64,000 nt of DNA from the NCBI GenBank assembly GCA_032718475.1, contig JAUCBJ010000022.1, positions 1-64,000 of the forward strand. The letters run 5' to 3'. This stretch comes from Nemertoderma westbladi (taxonomy: Eukaryota; Animalia; Xenacoelomorpha). The notes beneath the pieces are model-generated. The model saw only the letters and a program-made list of their open reading frames with translations. It searched no databases and had not been told where the DNA came from. This document shows positions 45,001-55,962 of the stretch, one piece after another. Every line of letters begins with the position of its first letter. The first letter of the stretch is position 1. The position numbers and the translations under genes were made by a program.

Positions 45001-48000
45001 CCTGTGATTGCGTTTGCCCTTACCCGCACTCACCCGTGATTGCGTTTGCCCTTACCCGCACTCACCTGTGATTGTGTATCTGTTTGCTCTTACCCGCACT
45101 CACATGTGATTGCGTATCTGTTTGCCCTTACCCGCACTCACCTGTGATTGTGTATCTGTTTGCCCTTATCCGCACTCACCTGTGATTGCGTTTGCCCTTA
45201 CCCGCACTCACCTGTGATTGCGTATCTGTTTGCCCTTACCCGCACTCACCTGTGATTGTCTATCTGTTTGCCCTTACCCGCACTCACCTGTGATTGCGTT
45301 TGCCCTTACCCGCACTCACCTGTGATTGCGTATCTGTTTGCCCTTACCCGCACTCACCTGTGATTGTCTATCTGTTTGCCCTTATCCGCACTCACCTGTG
45401 ATTGCGTTTGCCCTTACCCGCACTCACCTGTGATTGCGTATCTGTTTGCCCTTACCCGCACTCACCTGTGATTGTCTATCTGTTTGCCCTTATCCGCACT
45501 CACCTGTGATTGCGTTTGCCCTTACCCGCACTCACCTGTGATTGCGTATCTGTTTGCCCTTACCCGCACTCACCTGTGATTGTCTATCTGTTTGCCCTTA
45601 CCCGCACTCACCTGTGATTGCGTTTGCCCTTACCCGCACTCACCCGTGATTGCGTTTGCCCTTACCCGCACTCACCTGTGATTGTGTATCTGTTTGCCCT
45701 TACCCGCACTCACCTGTGATTGTGTATCTGTTTGCCCTTACCCGCACTCACCTGTGATTGTGTATCTGTTTGCTCTTACCCGCACTCACATGTGATTGCG
45801 TATCGGTTTGCCCTTACCCGCACTCACCTGTGATTGCGTTTGCCCTTACCCGCACTCACCCGTGATTGCGTATCGGTTTGCCCTTACCCGCACTCACCTG
45901 TGATTGCGTTTGCCCTTACCCGCACTCACCCGTGATTGCGTTTGCCCTTACCCGCACTCACCCGTGATTGTGTATCTGTTTGCCCTTACCCGCACTCACC
46001 TGTGATTGCGTATCTGTTTGCTCTTACCCGCACTCACCCGTGATTGTGAATCTGTTTGCCCTTAACCGCACTCACCTGTGATTGTGTATCTGTTTGCTCT
46101 TACCCGCACTCACATGTGATTGCGTATCGGTTTGCCCTTACCCGCACTCACCTGTGATTGCGTTTGCCCTTACCCGCACTCACCCGCGATTGTGAATCTG
46201 TTTGCCCTTACCCGCACTCACCTGTGATTGCGTATCTGTTTGCCCTTACCCGCACTCACCTGTGATTGTGTATCTGTTTGCCCTTACCCGCACTCACCTG
46301 TGATTGCGTATCTGTTTGCCCTTACCCGCACTCACCTGTGATTGCGTTTGCCCTTACCCGCACTCACCCGTGATTGCGTTTGCCCTTACCCGCACTCACC
46401 CGTGATTGTGTATCTGTTTGCCCTTACCCGCACTCACCTGTGATTGCGTATCTGTTTGCTCTTACCCGCACTCACCCGTGATTGTGAATCTGTTTGCCCT
46501 TAACCGCACTCACCTGTGATTGTGTATCTGTTTGCTCTTACCCGCACTCACCTGTGATTGCGTATCTGTTTGCCCTTACCCGCACTCACCTGTGATTGCG
46601 TATCTGTTTGCCCTTACCCGCACTCACCTGTGATTGCGTATCTGTTTGCCCTTACCCGCACTCACCTGTGATTGCGTATCTGTTTGCCCTTACCCGCACT
46701 CACCCGTGATTGTGTATCTGTTTGCCCTTACCCGCACTCACCTGTGATTGCGTATCTGTTTGCTCTTACCCGCACTCACCCGTGATTGTGAATCTGTTTG
46801 CCCTTAACCGCACTCACCTGTGATTGTGTATCTGTTTGCTCTTACCCGCACTCACCTGTGATTGCGTATCTGTTTGCCCTTACCCGCACTCACCTGTGAT
46901 TGCGTATCTGTTTGCCCTTACCCGCACTCACCTGTGATTGCGTTTGCCCTTACCCGCACTCACCTGTGATTGCGTTTGCCCTTACCCGCACTCACCCGTG
47001 ATTGCGTTTGCCCTTACCCGCACTCACCCGTGATTGTGTATCTGTTTGCCCTTACCCGCACTCACCTGTGATTGCGTATCTGTTTGCCCTTACCCGCACT
47101 CACCTGTGATTGCGTATCTGTTTGCCCTTACCCGCACTCACCTGTGATTGCGTATCTGTTTGCTCTTACCCGCACTCACCCGTGATTGTGAATCTGTTTG
47201 CCCTTAACCGCACTCACCTGTGATTGTGTATCTGTTTGCTCTTACCCGCACTCACATGTGATTGCGTATCGGTTTGCCCTTACCCGCACTCACCTGTGAT
47301 TGCGTTTGCCCTTACCCGCACTCACCTGTGATTGTGTATCTGTTTGCTCTTACCCGCACTCACATGTGATTGCGTATCGGTTTGCCCTTACCCGCACTCA
47401 CATGTGATTGCGTATCTGTTTGCCCATACCCTCACTCACCTGTGATTGTCTATCTGTTTGCCCTTACCCGCACTCACCTGTGATTGCGTATCTGTTTGCC
47501 CATACCCTCACTCACCTGTGATTGTCTATCTGTTTGCCCTTACCCGCACTCACCTGTGATTGCGTATCTGTTTGCCCTTACCCGCACTCACCTGTGATTG
47601 CGTATCTGTTTGCCCTTATCCGCACTCACCTGTGATTGCGTATCTGTTTGCCCTTATCCGCACTCACCTGTGATTGCGTATCTGTTTGCCCATACCCGCA
47701 CTCACCTGTGATTGCGTATCTGTTTGCCCTTATCCGCACTCACCTGTGATTGCGTATCTGTTTGCCCATACCCGCACTCACCTGTGATTGCGTTTGCCCT
47801 TACCCGCACTCACCCGTGATTGTGAATCTGTTTGCCCTTACCCGCACTCACCTGTGATTGCGTATCTGTTTGCCCTTACCCGCACTCACCTGTGATTGCG
47901 TATCTGTTTGCCCTTATCCGCACTCACCTGTGATTGCGTATCTGTTTGCCCATACCCTCACTCACCTGTGATTGCGTTTGCCCTTACCCGCACTCACCCG

Positions 48001-51000
48001 TGATTGTGAATCTGTTTGCCCTTACCCGCACTCACCTGTGATTGCGTATCTGTTTGCCCTTATCCGCACTCACCTGTGATTGCGTATCTGTTTGCCCATA
48101 CCCGCACTCACCTGTGATTGCGTTTGCCCTTACCCGCACTCACCCGTGATTGTGAATCTGTTTGCCCTTACCCGCACTCACCTGTGATTGCGTATCTGTT
48201 TGCCCTTACCCGCACTCACCTGTGATTGCGTATCTGTTTGCCCTTATCCGCACTCACCTGTGATTGCGTATCTGTTTGCCCATACCCTCACTCACCTGTG
48301 ATTGCGTTTGCCCTTACCCGCACTCACCCGTGATTGTGAATCTGTTTGCCCTTACCCGCACTCACCTGTGATTGTGTATCTGTTTGCTCTTACCCGCACT
48401 CACCTGTGATTGCGTATCTGTTTGCCCTTACCCGCACTCACCTGTGATTGCGTTTGCCCTTACCCGCACTCACCCGTGATTGTGAATCTGTTTGCCCTTA
48501 CCCGCACTCACCTGTGATTGCGTATCTGTTTGCCCATACCCTCACTCACCTGTGATTGCGTTTGCCCTTACCCGCACTCACCCGTGATTGTGAATCTGTT
48601 TGCCCTTACCCGCACTCACCTGTGATTGCGTATCTGTTTGCCCTTATCCGCACTCACCTGTGATTGCGTATCTGTTTGCCCATACCCTCACTCACCTGTG
48701 ATTGCGTTTGCCCTTACCCGCACTCACCCGTGATTGTGAATCTGTTTGCCCTTACCCGTAATCACCTGTGATTGCGTATCTGTTTGCCCTTACACGCACA
48801 TTTGCGTATCTGTTTGCCCTTACCCGCACTCACCTGTGATTGTCTATCTGTTTGCCCTTACCCGTAATCACCTGTGATTGCGTATCTGTTTGCCCTTACC
48901 CGCACTCACCTGTGATTGCGTATCTGTTTGCCCTTATCCGCACTCACCTGTGATTGCGTATCTGTTTGCCCATACCCTCACTCACCTGTGATTGCGTTTG
49001 CCCTTACCCGCACTCACCCGTGATTGTGAATCTGTTTGCCCTTACCCGCACTCACCCGTGATTGTGAATCTGTTTGCCCTTACCCGCACTCACCTGTGAT
49101 TGCGTATCTGTTTGCCCTTACACACACTCACCTGTGATTGCGTTTGCCCTTACCCGCACTCACCCGTGATTGTGAATCTGTTTGCCCTTACCCGCACTCA
49201 CCTGTGATTGTGTATCTGTTTGCCCTTACCCGCACTCACCTGTGATTGCGTTTGCCCTTACCCGCACTCACCCGTGATTGTGAATCTGTTTGCCCTTACC
49301 CGCACTCACCTGTGATTGCGTATCTGTTTGCCCATACCCTCACTCACCTGTGATTGCGTTTGCCCTTACCCGCACTCACCCGTGATTGTGAATCTGTTTG
49401 CCCTTACCCGCACTCACCTGTGATTGCGTATCTGTTTGCCCTTACCCGCACTCACCTGTGATTGTGTATCTGTTTGCTCTTACCCGCACTCACCTGTGAT
49501 TGCGTATCTGTTTGCCCTTATCCGCACTCACCTGTGATTGCGTATCTGTTTGCCCTTACCCGCACTCACCTGTGATTGTGTATCTGTTTGCCCTTACCCG
49601 CACTCACCTGTGATTGCGTATCTGTTTGCCCTTACCCGCACTCACCTGTGATTGTGAATCTGTTTGCTCTTACCCGCACTCACCTGTGATTGTGAATCTG
49701 TTTGCCCTTATCCGCACTCACCTGTGATTGCGTATCTGTTTGCCCTTACCCGCACTCACCTGTGATTGTGTATCTGTTTGCCCTTACCCGCACTCACCTG
49801 TGATTGTGTATCTGTTTGCCCTTACCCGCACTCACCTGTGATTGTCTATCTGTTTGCCCTTACCCGTAATCACCTGTGATTGCGTATCTGTTTGCCCTTA
49901 CCCGCACTCACCTGTGATTGCGTATCTGTTTGCCCTTACCCGCACTCACCTGTGATTGCGTATCTGTTTGCCCTTATCCGCACTCACCTGTGATTGCGTA
50001 TCTGTTTGCCCTTACCCGCACTCACCTGTGATTGTGTATCTGTTTGCCCTTACCCGCACTCACCTGTGATTGCGTATCTGTTTGCCCTTACACGCACTCA
50101 CCTGTGATTGCGTATCTGTTTGCCCTTACCCGCACTCACCTGTGATTGTGTATCTGTTTGCTCTTACCCGCACTCACCTGTGATTGTGAATCTGTTTGCC
50201 CTTATCCGCACTCACCTGTGATTGCGTATCTGTTTGCCCTTACCCGCACTCACCTGTGATTGTGTATCTGTTTGCCCTTACCCGCACTCACCTGTGATTG
50301 TGTATCTGTTTGCCCTTACCCGCACTCACCTGTGATTGCGTATCTGTTTGCCCTTACACGCACTCACCTGTGATTGTGTATCTGTTTGCCCATACCCGCA
50401 CTCACCTGTGATTGTCTATCTGTTTGCCCTTACCCGCACTCACCTGTGATTGCGTATCTGTTTGCCCTTATCCGCACTCACCTGTGATTGCGTATCTGTT
50501 TGCCCTTATCCGCACTCACCTGTGATTGCGTATCTGTTTGCCCTTACCCGCACTCACCTGTGATTGCGTATCTGTTTGCCCTTATCCGCACTCACCTGTG
50601 ATTGCGTATCTGTTTGCCCATACCCTCACTCACCTGTGATTGTCTATCTGTTTGCCCTTACCCGTAATCACCTGTGATTGCGTATCTGTTTGCCCTTACC
50701 CGCACTCACCTGTGATTGCGTATCTGTTTGCCCTTATCCGCACTCACCTGTGATTGCGTATCTGTTTGCCCATACCCTCACTCACCTGTGATTGCGTTTG
50801 CCCTTACCCGCACTCACCCGTGATTGTGAATCTGTTTGCCCTTACCCGCACTCACCTGTGATTGTGTATCTGTTTGCTCTTACCCGCACTCACCTGTGAT
50901 TGCGTATCTGTTTGCCCTTATCCGCACTCACCTGTGATTGCGTATCTGTTTGCCCTTATCCGCACTCACCTGTGATTGCGTATCTGTTTGCCCTTACCCG

Positions 51001-52279
51001 CACTCACCTGTGATTGCGTATCTGTTTGCCCTTATCCGCACTCACCTGTGATTGCGTATCTGTTTGCCCATACCCTCACTCACCTGTGATTGCGTTTGCC
51101 CTTACCCGCACTCACCCGTGATTGTGAATCTGTTTGCCCTTACCCGCACTCACCTGTGATTGCGTATCTGTTTGCCCTTACACGCACATTTGCGTATCTG
51201 TTTGCCCTTACCCGCACTCACCTGTGATTGTCTATCTGTTTGCCCTTACCCGTAATCACCTGTGATTGCGTATCTGTTTGCCCTTACCCGCACTCACCCG
51301 TGATTGTGAATCTGTTTGCCCTTACCCGCACTCACCTGTGATTGCGTATCTGTTTGCCCTTACCCGCACTCACCTGTGATTGTGTATCTGTTTGCTCTTA
51401 CCCGCACTCACATGTGATTGTGTATCTGTTTGCCCTTACCCGCACTCACATGTGATTGCGTATCGGTTTGCCCTTACCCGCACTCACCTGTGATTGCGTT
51501 TGCCCTTACCCGCACTCACCCGTGATTGTGAATCTGTTTGCCCTTACCGCACTCACCCGTGATTGTGAATCTGTTTGCCCTTACACGCACTCACCTGTGA
51601 TTGCGTATCTGTTTGCCCTTACCCGCACTCACCTGTGATTGTCTATCTGTTTGCCCTTACCCGCACTCACCTGTGATTGTGTATCTGTTTGCCCTTACCG
51701 CACTCACCCGTGATTGTGAATCTGTTTGCCCTTACACGCACTCACCTGTGATTGCGTATCTGTTTGCCCTTACCCGCACTCACCTGTGATTGTCTATCTG
51801 TTTGCCCTTACCCGCACTCACCTGTGATTGTGTATCTGTTTGCCCTTACCCGCACTCACCCGTGATTGTGAATCTGTTTGCCCTTACCGCACTCACCCGT
51901 GATTGTGAATCTGTTTGCCCTTACACGCACTCACCTGTGATTGCGTATCTGTTTGCCCTTACACGCACTTTTCCGTATCTGTTTGCCCTTACCCGCACTC
52001 ACCTGTGATTGTCTATCTGTTTGCCCTTACCCGCACTCACCTGTGATTGTGTATCTGTTTGCTCTTACCCGCACTCACATGTGATTGCGTATCGGTTTGC
52101 CCTTACCCGCACTCACCTGTGATTGCGTTTGCCCTTACCCGCACTCACCCGTGATTGTGAATCTGTTTGCCCTTACCCGTAATCACCTGTGATTGCGTAT
52201 CTGTTTGCCCTTACCCGTAATCACCTGTGATTGCGTATCTGTTTGCCCTTACCCGCACTCACCTGTGATTGCGTATCTG
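1..52279. repeat. Tandem minisatellite/satellite array: 38-bp monomer ATCTGTTTGC(C/T)CTTACCCGCACTCACCTGTGATTG(C/T)G(T/A), with interspersed 30-bp and 32-bp variants; continues beyond the window start
   Basis: Directly visible head-to-tail repeats with no unique spacers. The 30-mer is ATCTGTTTGCCCTTACACGCACTTTTCCGT. The 32-mer lacks ATCTGT. The last monomer ends ...GATTGCGTATCTG at 52279, followed by unique sequence. About 1,400 monomers, estimated from length divided by mean unit size, not counted. Confidence 0.99.
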
Positions 52280-52349
52280 GGTCATTTCCACACTGATTAG
52301 CTTTCGTCTTTGCCTCACCAGATGCGATAGCTGCATGAACGTACGGAGC
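52263..52349 (-). CDS. FAM53: Predicted coding exon 4 of FAM53-like gene (87 nt, phase 0-0; APYVHAAIASGEAKTKANQCGNDPDTQSQ); its last 17 nt are part of the first satellite monomer
   Basis: Minus strand: branch-like CTGAC (52401-52397), about 45 nt of AG-free pyrimidine tract, TAG acceptor (52352-52350). Then 29 open codons in the phase left by exon 3 and a perfect CAG|GTGAGT donor (GT at 52262-52261). No protein homology recognised for this peptide. Confidence 0.65.
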
Positions 52350-52401
52350 CTAGCAGAAGAAATAACGAATAAGAGGCGAGGAATAACGAAATCAAGGTCA
52401 G
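52350..52401 (-). promoter_or_regulatory. 3' splice site (branch point, polypyrimidine tract, TAG) of predicted exon 4
   Basis: Minus strand reads CTGACCTTGATTTCGTTATTCCTCGCCTCTTATTCGTTATTTCTTCTGCTAG, with no AG before the terminal one. Confidence 0.65.
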
Positions 52402-53022
52402 TTTATGTAGCTGATTTGATTACTGGATCCAAATTCGTCAAACACAAAATGTGGATCTATTACATAGATTTTATCGCCAATATGAAGAATGTTGGGATTT
52501 CACTTTTCGGTTGAAATTATATTTAAATTAAACATATGAATGACTTCTTATTTTATTTCTCCTTATTAGTGTTTTATATACCGAATATTTATATCTTATA
52601 ACCTGTACTACAGTGAATATATTAACTTGTTTACTGTTTTGGTTAGATCCTTTCATTCTGTAACCTAATATTCTTCAAATGGGGGTACATTAGGGCCCTT
52701 GTCCATCAATTATTGCCCTATACGTACATATCGACACAACTTATATATAGCTATAAAAATGAACGAAGGGAGGTAAACTACAAAGTGAAATATAATATAA
52801 TACTAAAGTCTGGTATACTTAGGCCATTCGAGATGCTACTATTGTAAATTATAAAATACAACAAAATTACACCCTTTATTTGGTAGAAGGTTAGAAAACA
52901 TTGTATTTTATTGCCGCTCACACTTCCAAAACTAAAATATTGATTGAGAAAGATGAAAGCACAAACGTGCCATAAACCCTATACCGGGTGCAGTACCTAT
53001 TTATTTATATAGGCATACTAAC

Positions 53023-53618
53023 ATCCTTCATCTTGCATAAGTCTAGGAATGGTCTCCGTCGCTTCAGTCCTAGTTTCCTATGCTGACACTGTCCGAGGGA
53101 GGGTTGGCTACGACAACGAGGTTTCCCGCCGTTCGGCATCCGCTTACCGGTTGCCACACGAACCGGGCCGGGCGCCAACCCGGGACTGAACCGACTCAAC
53201 TCGATAGCACCGAGGCCCTCCGTGAGACTGATGGACCGGAAGTCGCACGGACTGTCGTCACTTCCGGGGGGGCTGACCAGCCAGGCGAACTGCTCCACGC
53301 TGGCGGGTCTCCACGGCGACGGCTGCGGTGTCGGCGACGACTCGCCGCTCCAGGCGCCGCCGCAGCGCGGCGACGCGGAGCTCGCGGGTCGGATCGGGAC
53401 CGGAGCGAATATCCGACGCACCTCATCCTCGGCGGCCACCGATAACTCGTCCTCGAGACTCCGACAGTGGCGTTTCGCAAGCGGCACGGATCGCTCGCCC
53501 GCGTCTATACGGTAGACCGAACGGGATTGGTACTTTCGTAACCCGGGCGATGGGCAGAACGCGGATACGGAGGGAGTTGCATTTGAACTGATCCGTGACC
53601 ACGGAGTCTCTGGTGAGG
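53023..53618 (-). CDS. FAM53: FAM53-family protein, large coding exon 3 (596 nt, phase 1-0)
   Basis: GC-rich open frame with KRHCRSL, RPASSAS, RCRSQP and LGLKRRRPFLDLCKM. These match hallmark motifs of vertebrate FAM53A/B (KRHCRSLS, RPSSAS, RCRSQP, KRRR..RPSLD..KM; recalled, not searched). Acceptor TTTGTTTCACAG at 53619; donor GAT|GTTAGT at 53022, right after KMKD. Confidence 0.92.
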
Positions 53619-54904
53619 CTGTGAAACAAACGGAATGAAATCGTTTACTCGACTACAGATGTTCATTCTGAGTAAAATAAAGTCAGACTGTGTGTGTGTA
53701 CCGGTACTAGCGTATATATGTATATAATATCATCGCTGGAACCATTCATAAATATTACATACAAATTGTTTAGTTAAATTTACAGAATAAAGCGGCACAA
53801 ATTCCCATAAAGAACAGAAAAGCGAAACCTAATATCTCCGTCAGCGTCGATAAAAAAAAGAAACCCAAAACAAACAAGTTCTGTAGTTTCTTAGTGTATC
53901 TGTACGTACATACAGTAATTTGCAATTTAGTTGTTGATAAAGGGAAAGGACGGTTGTTCGAAATTACGATACGGTCCTTCAATCATACTTACCGGTACAT
54001 TTTATTGGTCACTTAGAAAAACGTCCTTCATCTAAACGCCAATAAACTTGGTCATTATGACAACAGCGACCTGGGCAAGGAACTATTTACTGAGAAAACA
54101 AACGTTCCCTTCTTTAGGCTGGTTTGTTTTATTATATCGAGAACTGTCATATACAGTCACTCAAACATACTAACAACAAGCACAAGCATACAAATTGTTC
54201 CCTATAAGAAATTATTTAATAAATCTACCTAATAAACAATTTAATTGAAGGGATATAACCGCATTCTATTCCGTTACTCCCTGAATTATGGGATCTGTTG
54301 TAGGAATACTATAAGGGTAAGGAAGTACCGCAGGGCAAGGCGTAATGGTATGCAATCAGACGCAATCACCTGGACAAATACGGGGGGGAGGGGGGTCATC
54401 GGTCTCCAGGGTAAAAAATGAACGCAAATAACAGCTGATTACTTTCAAAAATAAATCTGCAACCTGTTCTATTGACTTTCCTTTATTGTTTTAATGTTTT
54501 GGTTATAATAACAACGTGCCACTGAAAGCTGCTCCTTTCCCATAATTAATAACTTAACATTGAGACGATATATAAATTCGCCGAGATGATATTGTTTATT
54601 AATAAATATGATTGTTGAAATACATAAATAAAAATCACAATTCCTAAATTGTTTTATCTAGTTTATAAATATTTCTAAAACTATAAATTTGAAATGTTTG
54701 AAAAGGTTTTTTTACTTTACAATGGGAAATTGAAACATTTACAATAAAAATGTGACATTAGCAACAAAACTCAAGCCCTCCAAAACTGTAATAAACAAAC
54801 TAATAAACACATTAAAGAAATGATATATAAATCAGTATTGCGGTTCACTTAAATATGAACAACCCCTTCCTTGGCAAAAATTATATTAATAAATAAATAC
54901 TTAC

Positions 54905-54965
54905 CCGAAGGCGTCACATTCAATTCTTGGGAAAGTTGATTGTTATTATTAGCTGCATCAGCAAA
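54905..54965 (-). CDS. FAM53: FAM53-family protein, coding exon 2 (61 nt, phase 0-1; FADAANNNNQLSQELNVTPS)
   Basis: Acceptor ATATTTTCTTTTCAG and donor CGG|GTAAGT. The 61-nt length joins phase-0 exon 1 to phase-1 exon 3 exactly, with no stop. Confidence 0.85.
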
Positions 54966-55349
54966 CTGAAAAGAAAATATATTTTATTTAATGAACACAA
55001 TAGCCTATAAAACTACACTAATTGCGTAACATAACTTGTATAGCTGTAAGTGTGGGATGTCAGGATGTAGGCCTAGTGGAAGTGGGTGAATATGTTTTGT
55101 TTACATATACTCATTACTTATATATATACAACATCATACAATTTAACAACACAACGTTAGGTTAGGCGTATTCAAAATTGAAACTATCTTATATGAGAAT
55201 TCAGAGTTGAAATCGGAACGAATTATAATTAAAATAAAAGCGACCATTTAAGTTAGGCCTATGTTAGGTAGTATAGGTACCCGTCTGTCAGTGTGTTGGT
55301 ACCGGTATAAATTTGTGTTTATGTAGACTAATAGATAAAAGTAACTCAC

Positions 55350-55433
55350 TTGATTTGCTATTCGACCGCTAATAATTGACGCCCCATCTTGAATGCGTTG
55401 GTTCTGTAGTTTCTCTGTTATAATTGATACCAT
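55350..55433 (-). CDS. FAM53: FAM53-family protein, first coding exon (MVSIITEKLQNQRIQDGASIISGRIANQ)
   Basis: N-terminus resembles the FAM53A start MVTLITEKLQSQSL (recalled). Ends at a CAA|GTGAGT donor in phase 0. Candidate upstream acceptors near 55472 and 55549 suggest a 5'UTR intron. Confidence 0.9.
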
Positions 55434-55962
55434 TTCATTATTATAACATTGTAATATATAACCTGTGATAAAATAATTGCAACTCCGACCAGGCGTGAAC
55501 CTGTTTCTTTGAGTAATATTTACATCGTAGTCGTTGATCCCGTCATCACTGTATTATAATTACAAATAAAACAAATAAAATGTAAATACGCAAGGTACAT
55601 CACAAAGACATAAAGAATTCAGCTGTTTTCTGTTTAGAAGTTATCTTGTTAGGAGTACCACGCTGTAAGCTATTATACTGTTATATACTGCTATACGACA
55701 TATGGTTGTATAACCAGATCACTGTCAGCTGTATCAGTGTATGGGTCTGCACCTAGCCTCTAGGCCTACTGTTCAGAGCTAGTAGCATATGTAGAGAGAG
55801 AGAGATGGCCATAATTCTTTGATTCATGATAATATGCCTGCCTGCCTATTGCATGTATTGCCAACTTACGGACTAAGATCTGTACCGGTACTGGTAGATG
55901 GATAGTTAGATTTATTTATGCATTATGAAAAAACAATAACAAATACATCAAACAACGGAACA

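Noticed and set aside
283-52008. Dozens of 60-114 aa plus-strand ORFs (MCICLLL...)
   Set aside because: They are translations of the satellite with TTG or other repeat-derived starts; 38-bp units shift frame and hit TGA regularly.
1-52262. Recursive-splicing ratchet points or micro-exons (CAG|GT in each monomer)
   Set aside because: The sequence upstream of each CAG is purine-rich with no polypyrimidine tract, so acceptor function is unsupported. A saw-tooth nascent RNA profile would reopen the question.
1-52279. CRISPR array (30-38 bp partly palindromic repeats)
   Set aside because: No unique spacers, no cas genes, and a eukaryotic context with spliceosomal introns, a LINE and a BEL/Pao element.
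1-52279. Telomeric or telomerase-derived repeat (GGGTAAGGG resembles TTAGGG)
   Set aside because: Only one short look-alike per 38-bp unit, no (TTAGGG)n runs, and the unit is explained by the exon junction.
52269-53629. Plus-strand and alternative-frame ORFs overlapping FAM53 exons 3 and 4
   Set aside because: Shadow ORFs of GC-rich coding sequence, with no recognisable motifs or splice support.
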